DNA from: Eledone cirrhosa
Taxonomy: Eukaryota
DNA length: 64,000 bases
Assembly (NCBI GenBank): GCA_964016885.1
Contig: OZ024740.1
Coordinates: 362,948,001-363,012,000 of the forward strand
Direction of reading: 5' to 3'
Under the pieces are notes generated by a model. It saw nothing but the letters and a program-made list of their open reading frames with translations. It searched no databases and was not told the DNA's origin. The translations under genes were made by a program, and so were the position numbers. This document shows, piece after piece, positions 13,969 to 25,835 of the stretch. Every line of letters begins with the position of its first letter. Position 1 is the first letter of the stretch.

Positions 13969-14277
13969 GACCTGCCAACCTCTAATAGCCGAAACGGGGA
14001 GTGCCATGAAATAAGTGCCCCAAAACGGAGAAATTAGGTAAAATGGGGAGATTTTACATAATGAAAGCTATTCTTTTGCTCAGTTCCAGAAACAAGAGAG
14101 AAACTCTAACATAAACAGTAAGCTAAGATCGTGATGAAATAACTAGCTATCTATAAGATTAGAACTGTTATACACTGTATCAAGGAAGGAACAGAAAAGG
14201 CCTTAACTCCTGATGGAATCATAGTGGTAGCATTCTGACATACGTGCCATGAGAATTTTAAAATTGACGGAGTCTAA
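13967..14277 (+). mobile_element. MITE related to 50487 and 53637 (GACCTGCCAAC end)
   Basis: Shared start GACCTGCCAACCTCTAA...AAACGGGGAGT..CATGAA..AAGTGCCCCAAAA; right end degenerate. Confidence 0.55.
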
Positions 14278-14320
14278 CCCTCTCCATGTCTGAACACAAC
14301 CGATTACTTCCAGGGAAGGA

Positions 14321-14360
<40 letters not shown>

Positions 14361-14364
14361 AATA

Positions 14365-14576
14365 ACCGTTTCTTATATAGGCCATTAATTTGGGGGGAGG
14401 GGAAAGTCGATTAAATCGACCCCAGTGCGTGACTGGTACTTTATTTTATCGACTCCGTAAGGATGAAAGGCAAAGTTAACCTCGACAGGATTTGAACTCA
14501 GACCGTAAAGGGCTGTAAATCTATGCTGCAAAGCATGGTGTTCAACTCTCTACCGATACTGCCAATCCACCGCCCT
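14365..14576 (-). mobile_element. Full-length SINE family A inserted in a (GA)n tract
   Basis: Complete consensus from head (GCCAATCCACCGCCC on plus) to tail; GAGAGA on both sides. Confidence 0.85.
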
Positions 14577-15269
14577 AGAGAGAGAGAGAGAGAGAGAGAG
14601 AGCGACTAATAACGAGAAGTAGATGAAGAATCGGCCCGAGTACTGGTACTTTATTTATCAACCTAAAAAAAAAAATGAAAGGCAAAGTTGCCGTCGGCGA
14701 GATTTGAATTGAGCAAGTGAGCTGGAACAGATACTGGAGCCTTTTATTCCACACTCATACGATTCTGCCAATTCACCACCTCCAATGCAACTTGATGAAA
14801 TACAAAACTTTGATAGTTGGTTGAAAATAGGCTACACAATATAAGATTTATAAAAAGAAACAAAAAAAAGAAAAACAAAACAGCGTGATCAATGATTTTC
14901 AAATTATTTGCAATCGATGTGATCCAAGTTCTAAAGAACTACGTTCTCGAGAAAAGAATATATTTGGTTCTATTGGTTCTATAGCTAGGCACTCAATTCG
15001 AGCGTCGTTAAACCGTCATTAAATGGTTTAATACTCCCAATTGTGTAATACAACAAAGGCGAACATTGTCTGAAATGGTTTGGTTCAAAAGAGCAGCAGA
15101 ATTTTAATTAAATTGCTGTTTTTCACCATTCCTCTGGTCATTATTTTATTTATAAACAGGCTTTGTTTTTTATTTTTATTTTCATGACATGATAGGATAT
15201 TTAGTGTTGTTGAAAAAGTATGTTGAAGTTTTCTACATAGATATTAGGTGGATGATTAAGTGATTGTTG

Positions 15270-15600
15270 TCGGTTGTGGTGGTAACGGTTATGATGATAT
15301 TTATGACGATGATCATGGTGATGATGATGGGGCAGATAGTGGTGGTGGTGGTGGTGGTGTAGCGATGATGGTAGGTATTGGTGGTAGTGATGATGAAGTT
15401 GGTGGAGGTTGATAATGACGACGACCAAATTGATGATGACGATGACGACGACAGTGATGTTGATGATGGTTATGATGTCGGTGGTGGTGGTAATGTTGAT
15501 GATGATGATGAGGAGGAGGATGACAACCAGGGTGGGGATGATGGTGATGTTGTTGATGATGCTGATGACGATGATGAGGATAACGATGACAACGAGGATA
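15270..15600. repeat. Degenerate (GAT/GGT/GAC)n trinucleotide tract; similar tracts at 27045-27110 and 35960-36170
   Basis: Directly visible. Confidence 0.9.
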
Positions 15601-15724
15601 ACTCAAATTTGTCTTAATCTAATCAGAGTTTGCCAATTACTCGTTCTTGAAAATGATATCTATTTTTAATATAATTAGAATGTGTTCATATGTTCATGTT
15701 AACGACATTTTACTATTGTTGGGA

Positions 15725-15822
15725 CCTTAATGTGGAGTAGTGAATACAGCCTTAATGTGGAGTAGTGAATACAGCCTTAATGTGGAATAGTGAATACAGC
15801 CTTAATGTGGAATAGTGAATAT
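15725..15822. repeat. 25-bp tandem repeat, about 4 copies
   Basis: CCTTAATGTGGA(G/A)TAGTGAATACAG at 15725, 15750, 15775 and 15800. Confidence 0.95.
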
Positions 15823-16509
15823 AACATAAACGGAGCTACTATATGCTAAAATGTCTTTATGCTTTAGATGTTAAATATGAGGATATTTTAATGATTTATT
15901 AAATTCACAGCCAGGTTGTTCTATTGTTCGAACAACTGGATAGACAATCTCTTTCTGCTGCCTACTAAATTTCGATACTGGTAAATTACAAAAGTTTCTT
16001 ATTTTCTCAATATCAAATTTTGTTACCAAAATTGATTCAGTGGAAATGTTGTGTTTATCTATTGTATATTCAATTTTGCCGTTGAAAGTCAGTCATTGTA
16101 GAACACACTTTCTAGACATTGATAATAACATTTAAAGACAGATGAGATATCAGACCTTTTCTTACAACTTTTAGTAAAATTAGCCTAGTATCTATTTATA
16201 TAGGAGTAAAGTAGATTTACTTGTAAGAAAATATTGATATATTATTATTAAATTATTTATAGAATATATTCAGGCATTACATATGTGTGGACACATGGCT
16301 TTAGAAATTCACTTCGCAATCATTAGATCACTGATTCGATCCTACTGCGTGCCATTGACCATAGCGTCGGGTCGGCCGAAATTTGATTGAAGGAAACTGT
16401 TTGGAACTTAGTCAATCTTGTCAAGAACAGTGTCACACTGAATCTCTTAAAAGTACTCGTGTCAGTGAAAAGCTCAGCCACTTGCATGTTAATTTTACAC
16501 GCATGCACA

Positions 16510-16664
16510 CGTTTTGTATACAATCTTTTGATAAAGAAGAGAGGCTACACGCATTTAAATATACAACTACTACTACTACTCGTAGTAGTAGTTGTATATT
16601 TCAATGCGTGTAGCCTCTCTTCTTTATTAAGATTGTAAACAAAACGTAGTGGTAGTAGTATTAG

Positions 16665-16697
<33 letters not shown>

Positions 16698-16755
16698 GTT
16701 TTGTTTACAATATTTTGATAAAGAAGAGAGGTTAGTAGTAGTACTACTACTACTC
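16510..16755. repeat. Serial overlapping palindromes pivoting on (CTA)n/(TAG)n
   Basis: CGTTTTGT.TACAAT.TTTTGATAAAGAAGAGAGG occurs forward (16510), reverse (about 16612-16646) and forward again (16697). Confidence 0.9.
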
Positions 16756-17019
16756 ATTCTGCCGCTACTAGTTCGGTTGCAATATTTTTAATGTTTTCAC
16801 CTTTACATTAAACGAAAAGTAAAGTTCAAATATTGTCCCCTAAGGCTGAGATGTTTTACGTAAAATGTTACACAATAAGCTACAAATTCTGAGAAAAATT
16901 GAAAAACAATGTAGGAAAATATCTTTGCAAAACCATAGATTTCACAGCAAGTCAGACTCAGTCAACACTCAACAATATTGATTTCTAGTATCTATGTTAA
17001 ACAGATGTTAATATTGTAT

Positions 17020-17740
17020 TTATCATTAGTACAAGGCCAACAACTTGAGGATAGGGAAAAGTCAATATATTGACCCTAGTACTTAACTGGTCATTTATTT
17101 TGCTGAAACCAGAAGTATGGCAAAGCTGACCTCGTAACTTAGAAGGTAAGGAGTCGTAACAAAATAAGAAACATTTTCTCCAGATTTCTATCGATTCTAC
17201 TAATCCACCACTTGACGATGATAATGATTTCCCATTGAGGCACAAGGCCAACCATTTTGTGGGGAGAGAAAAGTTGATTAAATCGACTTTACTGAAGCAC
17301 TGGTACTTTATTTTATCGACCCCGTAAGGATGAAAGGCGAAGCTAACCTCGGCGGAATCTGAACTAAGAACGTAAAAGGCGGTAACTATATGCCACAAAG
17401 CATGTTATCCGCTGCTCTACCAATACTGCTGATCCATCATACCCGATGATGATGATAATAATAATGGTTTCTGATTTAGGCACAAGGCCAACTATTTGGG
17501 GGGAGGGGAAAGTCAATTAAATCGCCCCTAGTGCATTACTAGTACTTTATTTTATTGAGCCCGTATGGATCGAAGGCGAAGCTAACCTCGGTGGGATTTG
17601 AACTCAGAAAGTAAAGGGTCATAACTCTATGCCACTAAGCATGATGTCCAAAGCTCTAATAATAATATTAATGGTTTCTGATTTAGGCATAAGGCCTGTC
17701 ATTTCGGTGAGAAGAGAAAATTGATTAGATCGATCCCATA
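17020..17740 (-). mobile_element. Head-to-tail array of about 4 family A SINEs
   Basis: Tail motif (GG)CACAAGGCC recurs at about 17030, 17240, 17480 and 17687, each followed by SINE body. Confidence 0.85.
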
Positions 17741-18119
17741 GTTTGTAGCATGATGCATATAGTAGAAATTATTATTCTTATTATTGATTGTTTTTTGTTT
17801 CAATTATTGCTGATGTGGTCGTCGTGACTGTTTATATTTAACCATTCCAACAGATAATTACATAACTAATATTTGTAAATTGTAATTTTACGATAACAGC
17901 TCAGATAATATATTTCTGCATTAAGACAATTGTAATCCGCGGGGAGCTCTCTTTAGACTAACGTATCATATGATCTTCATAATCGGTTACATTAACAACT
18001 AAACACAGATGTGTTGCGTCGAACAATATGCTGCAGTGTTGTATGTAGTGGGATGTTTACTGAGAATTTGGAAGACAATGAAATAATAAATCTATTGCAC
18101 AACCCACTTTCATTTTATA

Positions 18120-18576
18120 CTGTATAAACTCGTGTGAAAGTCAAATTTCTAGACTATTTTTGCGTGGTCGATACTACTTTTGAAAGGCTGTAATTCACAT
18201 TAAAATCCAAAATACTCTATCAATAAGCAGAGGACAAGCGGAAACTAAATGAATATGTGTAAAAGAATGAATTACAGTAATATATCTGATATTTCTATAC
18301 AAAATACATTTTCTACAACCAAAACACACATAAATAAGACCACATAGTATTTATACCTATTTTCACTTACATAATAGTGTAGGAAAATGACTTTCCTCGT
18401 CGTAACATTCAGGATATTACCTTGATACACTGGTAATCTGTTATCAATGGTAATCTGTTATCTGGAAAGAATTGGGGTCGTCTATTACATGGGATACGTG
18501 GAACTATCCAAGTTTGGGGGTAAAAAATAGGAGGTCGTCTTTTATATGGAATCAGCTTATGCACGGGCATATACGG
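18120..18576. mobile_element. Decayed pogo/Tigger-like MITE
   Basis: Imperfect TIRs CTGTATAAACTCGTGTGAAAG and reverse-complement CCGTATATGCCCGTGCATAAG, each flanked by TA. Confidence 0.45.
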
Positions 18577-19474
18577 TAATGGAAAAAATAACTGAATGCA
18601 ATTGACTTGGATTCCTTGAATACTTTCTGAAATACTTTCTTTTATCAGTTATCAACGATAAACATCAAATATTTGCAAGATCATTCACCCACCCAACGCC
18701 AAGATAAACCAAACAAACAAAGGAGCTTCTATGTGGTCGAACTACCTACATATTGAATGTTACACCACTAACTATATTCATTTGACAATCTACATCAGAA
18801 CCGAGAAGCATTTAATTTTCAAAAATGTGTTGTGCGATCTTTAGAATCGAGGTAAGCTTTGTGTGAGCTGAACCGTCGAATTGGTTTTCAGTTTCCATTT
18901 GACGCCATTTCCCCTTGATTGCTTCAGAGACCTTCCAAACAGAAACATGAACATAACCCAATCTAATTTCATTCTTCCCCTACACTAAACCCACTAAATC
19001 TCGTGTTTTTTACTTATTTTTCATTTATAATCGGATATTTCTGCAAGATGGTTTTCATTTTTTGTCCCTTTGTAGAATATGTAAGTTTAGTTGTATATGT
19101 GTACCGATGTCGATGTTTGGGGGATTAAAAGTCGTAACGTGTGGTTTAAATGTTTTTTTCTTTTTTGCTTTTGTTTATTGAAGTTCTTGTGTCAATTTGT
19201 CTTAGTTTTTGAATACTATTACTGATAAAATTCATAGAATATTTCTTCAAATAAAAGGCCGAGTTAATAACTCATACTGATACCCTGTAATTAACAAGCT
19301 CAAATATAAATACTGAGCATTTTAATAATACATGTAGTAATAAACACAGTAAATCATGTGTCTAAAATTACGAGGGTTGAAATACCACATTTGTTTGAGA
19401 AATTTAATCAGAAGCAAACGGAATATACATAAAATAAAATAAAATTTATACAGACCGCCTCAATAACTATTACA

Positions 19475-19560
19475 TCACCCGGACAGATTAGGGATTTAAT
19501 CTGTTTCGCCCTGAGAATTGTTTTTGTAACAGATAATCCGTGGGCATCATCAGCGAGAGA
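19475..19560 (-). ncRNA. Type I hammerhead ribozyme, inverted copy, intact core
   Basis: Minus strand: TCTCTCG-CTGATGA-T-GCCC...GGGC-GAAA-CAGATTA-aatccc-TAATCTG-TC-CGGGTGA. Confidence 0.88.
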
Positions 19561-19877
19561 ATAGATTAAATTTCTCAAACAAATGTGGTATTTCAACCCT
19601 CGTAATTTTACAACACGACTTACTGTGTTTATTACTACATATATTATTAAAATGCTCAGTATTTATATTTGAGCTTGTTAATTACAGGGTATCAGTATGA
19701 GTTATTAACTCTGCCTTTTATTTGTATTTCGGCTCCCTACTAGGTGAGCTTATAAGTTGAGTGTATTAGGTCATTGTTTCTAGCCAATCCACCCACACCA
19801 CTTTTGACTTCTAGCACACAAGGTGAAATATTCATTCGTGTGGCTTTTGGCTTAGGTGTTTGTTTCATTTAATCTAT

Positions 19878-19963
19878 TCTCTCGCTGATGATGCCCATGG
19901 ATTATCTGTTACAAACACAATTCTCAGGGCGAAACAGATTAAATCCATAATCTGTCCGGGAGA
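19878..19963 (+). ncRNA. Canonical type I hammerhead ribozyme
   Basis: Stem I TCTCTCG/CGGGAGA; CTGATGA 19885-19891; stem II GCCC/GGGC; GAAA 19931-19934; 7-bp stem III CAGATTA/TAATCTG; GTC, predicted cleavage after 19956. Confidence 0.92.
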
Positions 19964-20279
19964 TGTAATAGTTATTGAGACGGTCTGAATATATTTTATT
20001 TTATTTTATGTATATTCCGTTTGCTTCTGATTAAATTTCTCAAACAAATGTAGAATATTTCTTCTTAAGAATTTTCCCATAACTTCTGGTCTGCAGTCGC
20101 TTCCGTTTGTGACATTGTGCAGATTTGATTAGATAAATTGAATAGATTATTGGTCCGGTTATGTTTGGGATAACATGGTATAAAAAGGAAATATTGTCAG
20201 GTGTCCGTAGGTTTAATATACATTAGTTTCTAGTTTTACGTTTATTTTTGTTATGTCTGTATCTATATCTAACAAGCGG

Positions 20280-23208
20280 GGTTTTTCATTGCTGAAATTC
20301 AATGCGAGTTAATTTAGTGTTAGAATGGTGTGTGGATAGTGTGAGTGCGTGTATATATGTACAGGTGGGTGTGTGCGCGGGTGTTAGGAGGACGGGGTGT
20401 TAGTGTTGTTAGTTGGGGGTGGGCCAAGGGGTGGGGTGGTGAAATGGAGGAGTGTGTTAGTGGTGTTAGTGGAGGATGTGTGTGTGGGGGGAAGAGATGG
20501 TGTGTTGTTCGACCGTGAGGCGGTTGGCGGGTGTCCCATGGCATTGGAGCAGGCCACAGACTGTGAGGTGGTGAGCGGAATGTCCAGGGGAGCCGAAGTG
20601 GCGGGCGATGGGGGAACTCCCGCCGAGACGAATATCACGGAGGTGTTCCGTGAAACGATAGGCCAGGCGACGTCCAGTCTGTCCGATGTAGGCTGCGCTG
20701 CACGGAGTGCAGCGAAGTCCATAGACTAGGTTGGAGGAGGTGCAGCAGAAGGCGTGCCGGACAGAGAGAGAGTGGCCGTTGGGACCCTGGAAGGTGTTGG
20801 TGATGTGGGGGCAGGTGTGGCAGCGAGGCCTGGAGCTGGGAAGGGAACGGGGGGCGTAGGGGGTAGGGAGCTGCGGACGAGGAAGGTGCGGAGATTACGC
20901 GTGCGTTTGAAGGAGGGGAGGGGTGAGGATGGCGGAGGTGGAGGGGTCGGACTGGAGGCATCGGAAGTGGCGGAGGATGGTGCGGTGGAGGGGTGCAGTG
21001 GAGGGGTGCGGTGGAGGGGTGGTAGGTGATGGGGAGGGGGACACGGTGGGTGTGCGGTGGCGTGGGGTGAGGGCGGTGGAGCGGTGGACAGCACGGGCGC
21101 GAGTGAAGGCAGTGTGGACGAGGGAGGGGGGTTAACCTCTCCGGATGAAATGGCTGACTAGGGAAAGGGCCTGGGACTCAAAGTCAGCATCTCGGCTGCA
21201 GAGGCGGCGGATCCGGAGGAGTTGGGAGTAGGGAATAGAGTGTTTTGTGTGTGTAGGGTGGGAGGAGGTGAAGTTGAGGTAGGAGTGGGAGTCGGTGGGT
21301 TTGAAGAAGGCGGAGTTGACGAGGGAGCGGTGGGAGGGGGGGTCGATGGGGACGGAGATGTCTAAGAAGTGGACGTGGGTGGTGGAGATAGAGGTGGTGA
21401 AGTGGAGGGAGGGGTGGAAGGAGCAGAAGAAGGAGAGAAAGGAGTCGAGCTGTTCTCGGGTGAGGGTCGTGGCTCCGATACAGTCGTCGATGTAATGATC
21501 GTACAGTTGGGACGTGGGGCCGGTGTACTGGACAAAGATTTGGGTCTCAACATGGCCAACGAAAAGGTTGGCATAGTTTGGGCCCATTCTTGTGCCCATG
21601 GCTACCTCTGTGACCTGTTGGTAAAACTCACCCGAGAAGGAGAAGCAGTTGAGGGTGAGGACCAGCTCGGCGAGGCGAATGAGGGTGGGGTGGAGGGGAT
21701 AGGTGAGGTGCGAAGGTCGAGGTAGTGCCGGAAAGCACGTAGGCTATCGGTGTGGGGGATAGAGGGACTTGATATCTAGGGTGAAGAGGAGAGGGTGTGG
21801 GCCGGGTGGGAAAGTGAGGGAGTCGAACAGGAGTGGGGCGTGGTTAGTGTCGGAGATGTGAGAGGGGAGGGTGGTGATGAGGGGGGGGCGAGGATGGAGT
21901 AAAGAAAGGCGGAGATGAATGAGTTCGGTGGGGCAGTTGCAAGCGGAGACGATGGGGCGGCCGGGGTTGTCGGGTTTGTGGAGTTTAGGGAGGAAGTAGA
22001 TAGTGGGGGTGCGGGGGGTGCGGACAATGAGTTGGGAAGCGGTGGGAGGGAGGAGGGAGGAGGAGACAAGGTGTTGGATGGTGGAGGAAACTTCTTGTTG
22101 GTATAGGGGTGTAGGGTCGGAGGGTAGAGGGCAGTAGAAGAGGGAGTTACGGAGCTGCCTGAGGGCTTCGGCCGTGTAGAGGTCAGCGCGCCACACCACC
22201 ACGGCGCCTCCCTTGTCCGCCCATTTAATGACGATGTCATCTCGGCTACGGAGGGAGCGGAGAGCGAGCAGTCCGCCCGTGTGATGCTATGTCGGTTGGA
22301 ACGGTGGCGGAAGTCGAAGCGATTTACTGCGCTACGGCAGGCGTCGACGAACGTGTCAAGGGTGCTAAATTGCCCTGGTGCCGGCGTCCGAGACGATGGT
22401 CGTCGGCCCAGGGCGAGAAACGGGTCTGGGGAGTTCGGAGCCGGTGGGGTTTGATGAAAATGTGCCTGTAGCTTCGTGCGTCGTACGAATCGTTCGACTT
22501 CCGTTCGGGTGCGGAACTCGTCGCTGTGCGGAGTGTGGGGTAAGAAGCGAAGGCCTCTACTGAGGAGTGAACTCTCAGTTGCGGAGAGGGGGAGGTTATG
22601 GGATATGGTGACAACAAATGGGAGGCGGGTGTGGGTGCGGTTTGGGTGTTGGCAGGGGTGGGGGAAGGAGACGTTGGGTGGAGGAAGAAGCGGAGGGGGA
22701 GGTGTGGAAGTGTAGTCGGAAGCCAAGGGGGATGAGGTGGAGGTGGAGGAAGCGGCTGAGGATGTGGCTGGAATGCCGGGTTTTGGCGAAGAGAAGGTAG
22801 GAGAGTTGGAGGGCCGACAGGGTGGGAGGAGGGAGGTGAGGAAAAGTTTAAGGCGGGTGTGGAGTTGGTGGAGAAAGGATTTAAGGCTGGGCATGGTGGG
22901 CGTGGAGTTAACGCAGGGGAGGAGGGGGAGGGGGGGGACAAAGGGTAAGTGCAAAAAGGGTAGACAGAGACGGGGGAGGGAAAATCAAAACAAAATTATC
23001 ATAAGGAGGTGAAAGTATACACAGGAAATCATAGACAAAAATTCATGAGCAGAAATAAACAGTAAAATATCAAGAAATAATACAATAGAATAGAAAAAAA
23101 ATAAACAAGGAAAGAAAAGGTTTGTGGGAGAGTTTGGGGAAAGTTCAGAGGTCGGTCACAGCGGATTAAATCGGGGTTGAGCCGGTGATGAAGGTGGTAT
23201 TCCAAGGT

Positions 23209-23210
<2 letters not shown>
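20280..23210 (-). mobile_element. Near-complete PLE (Neptune-like; RT, Cys-rich linker, GIY-YIG), frameshifted
   Basis: LLSRGLRFLP; YFLPKLHKPDNPGRPIVSACNCPTE; LFTLDIKSLY; MGTRMGPNYANLFVG; YIDDCIG; FLDIS...KPTDSHSYLNFTSSHP...SIPYSQLLRIRRLCS; NLVYGLRCTPCSAAYIGQTGRRLAYRFTEHLRDI. Confidence 0.95.
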
Positions 23211-23272
<62 letters not shown>

Positions 23273-23509
23273 TAAAATAACAGATTAAAGTTTAAGCAAA
23301 GAATCGCTGCTTTCACTCTTAACGGGATCTTCTGAAACTAACAAAGTCAATCTGTGTAAACGCAGAAGTGGATATTTCAAAAAACGTTGCAACCGAAACG
23401 TAAAATTATGTGTGTGTGTGTACGTGTGTACGTGTGTGTGTGCGTGCTTGCGTGTGTTGTGTGTATATATATATATATACATATATATATATACAGACAC
23501 ACACACACA

Positions 23510-23586
<77 letters not shown>

Positions 23587-23797
23587 TATCGTGAACTCGT
23601 ACGCCGATTTTTCGATACTCGATCATTCTAATATATATATATATATAGGCTGACCAAGATACTCACAAGGAGTGACCAAATGAGGTTTATTTTTTGACAT
23701 AGTCCCTGGAAAGAGACAATACAGTTATTAATAAGAAGAGTTGAAATTAAAGCCTGTAAGATTTCACAGAACTAGCAATCCTTCATAATCAACTGAC

Positions 23798-23875
<78 letters not shown>

Positions 23876-23883
<8 letters not shown>

Positions 23884-25043
23884 CACAATTATCAAAGTTA
23901 TGTTCAAATCATTTTATTGCTGACAATCGTTTCTTCCAAACTTTCGTTTGGAATCACCGGAGCATTAGCAATGTTTGTACATATAATTAACCTCCTATTC
24001 AACTGAACAATCATATAGATACATATATATTGATATTGTGAACAACAGTTTCGTATTTACAGGGTGGAATGGATGCGACATATATTATACGAGAATTGTA
24101 CAATAATTTAAATTAAAAGTAAAAGCACAGATTGAAATACATGCGACAGATAATACAAGTGATAAGTCTAATAATTAAAGAGGCATTGAGGAAGAATGAG
24201 GACACTAGCAGTACATATGCAAGCGTGTAGAGAGTGCGCATGCGTTAGTCATATATATGAAGGAAACAAGCAATACGCATTATCTCCCCTTAATTTTGGA
24301 TCTCATACTCACTTCCGGAAATTATACCGTTAGAAAAACTCGCTGTAGAACAGCTCTAATCCATGGATAAGAATACAATAAGACCAATTTACAATCCATT
24401 GCTGTAACTAACTAAAAACATTCAATATAAACATTTACTAAAATATAATTTAACATATGTAATGGAAAAGCCAACAATAACTTTGATACTCTCAACACAT
24501 ACACATTTGAACACTACAGAAACAATCATCACATTACATCCACCATAAATTTTAATACACTAACACCTTTGCTTGATATGCTTGTATACCTGTGTTATTT
24601 TATGTGATACCTTTGCCATACAGTATTTATTTATGCCTAATACCTTTGCTTGTTTCCTTCATATATATGACTAACCCATGTGAACTCTCTACACGCTTGC
24701 ATATGTACTGCTAGTGTCCTCATTCTTCCTCAATGCCTCTTTAATTATTAGACTATTCCCTTGTATTATCTGTCGCATGTATTCCACTCTGTGCTTTTAA
24801 TTTGAATTTGAATTATTGTACAATTCTGGTATAATATATGTCGCATCCATTCCACCCTGTAAATACGAAACTGTTGTTCACAATATCAATATATATGTAT
24901 CTATATGATTGTTCAGTTGAATAGGAGGTTAATTATATGTACTAACATTGCTAATGCTCCGATGATTCCAAACGAAAGTTTGGAAGAAACGATTGTCAGC
25001 AATAACATGATTTGAACATAACTTTGATAATTGTGTAATTTAT
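23876..25043. mobile_element. Fold-back insertion with about 400-bp inverted arms carrying an HHR motif (truncated PLE-like)
   Basis: 23876-24273 is the reverse complement of 24646-25043 with few mismatches; flanked by (TA)n. Confidence 0.85.
24955..25001 (+). ncRNA. Minimal hammerhead motif with CCGATGA core variant; inverted copy at about 23918-23964
   Basis: TGCT-CCGATGA-TTCCAAAC-gaaa-GTTTGGAA-GAAA-C-gatt-G-TC-AGCA. Confidence 0.7.
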
Positions 25044-25108
25044 ATTCCTGCTCTGTAAAACACCTGATGTTATTACATTGAGCTATTTCTCTTACTGGTA
25101 ATAAGGTA

Positions 25109-25250
25109 GTAATAAATTACTGACTTTCCTGTTTATAGTTCTTTATAGTATATACATAACTATAAATAGTATCATTATATATATATATATAATGATACTA
25201 TTTATAGTTATGTATATACTATAAACAACTATAAACAGGAAAGGTCAGTA

Positions 25251-25257
<7 letters not shown>
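25109..25257. repeat. Near-perfect palindrome centred on (TA)n
   Basis: ATAAATTACTGAC...ATAGTATCATT (TA)n AATGATACTAT...GTCAGTAATTTAT. Confidence 0.9.
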
Positions 25258-25282
<25 letters not shown>

Positions 25283-25284
<2 letters not shown>

Positions 25285-25810
25285 ATAATAATAAATTTGA
25301 TAACTAAAATCCAAAGAGGGCTCGATAAGGATAAATATATATCAAATATATAAGAACCGTAGAGCAAATATTTATTAAAATAACAGATTACAGTTTAAGC
25401 AAAGAATCGCTGCTTTCACCTTTAACGGGATCTTCTGAAACTAACAAAGTCAATCTGTGAACGCAGAAGTGAATATTTCAAAAAACGTTGCAACCGGAGG
25501 AAGACAGGAAGACGATACTTTGGTTCGTGGAAACGTTCCCTGGCAAAGAACGGGAAAGAACGAATATAATACGTCATTATTTGGAGCGGTGAAAAACAAT
25601 TACACACAAAGACAAAACCACGTTTATGGTATAAAAGAAGTCGTAGACTAATATTCTATTAGGTGGTTCATAGAGACGTTCTCTGGCAATGAACGGAAAA
25701 AACGAAGAAAATACGTCATATGTGGAGTGGGGAGAACAATTGCACGCAAAGACAAAACCACGTAAATGGTATAGCAGAAGTCGTAGACTAAAATTCTAAC
25801 TAGGAGACCG
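25283..25810. mobile_element. Unclassified (TA)n-associated repeat family with an internal direct duplication of about 145 bp; fragments also at 23270-23400, 33505-33670 and 46735-46845
   Basis: ATTAAAATAACAGATTA(A/C)AGTTTAAGCAAAGAATCGCT and CCAAAGAGGGCTCGATAAGGATAAAT are shared among the loci, some in locally inverted form. Confidence 0.75.
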
Positions 25811-25835
25811 AATGATTCTCGGCTTCAGAGTTAAG

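Larger units (their letters stand above)
19249..20050. mobile_element. Non-coding retrozyme-like insertion: 465-nt permuted unit plus inverted partial copy, with 14-bp TSD
   Basis: TSD TAGAATATTTCTTC at 19235-19248 and 20051-20064; GATTAAATTTCTCAAACAAATG at 19564 and 20029 (period 465); 19249-19570 is the reverse complement of sequence reading across the unit junction. Confidence 0.85.

Noticed and set aside
15201-15669. Poly-Asp, poly-His and poly-Met ORFs
   Set aside because: A degenerate trinucleotide tract open in several frames, with no domain or splice support.
20320-23012. Many Pro-, Gly- and Arg-rich ORFs on both strands
   Set aside because: They are alternative frames of the GC-skewed PLE, not separate genes.
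25503-25545. AAGACGA...GAAACGTT HHR-like motif
   Set aside because: Two core mismatches and a weak stem I.
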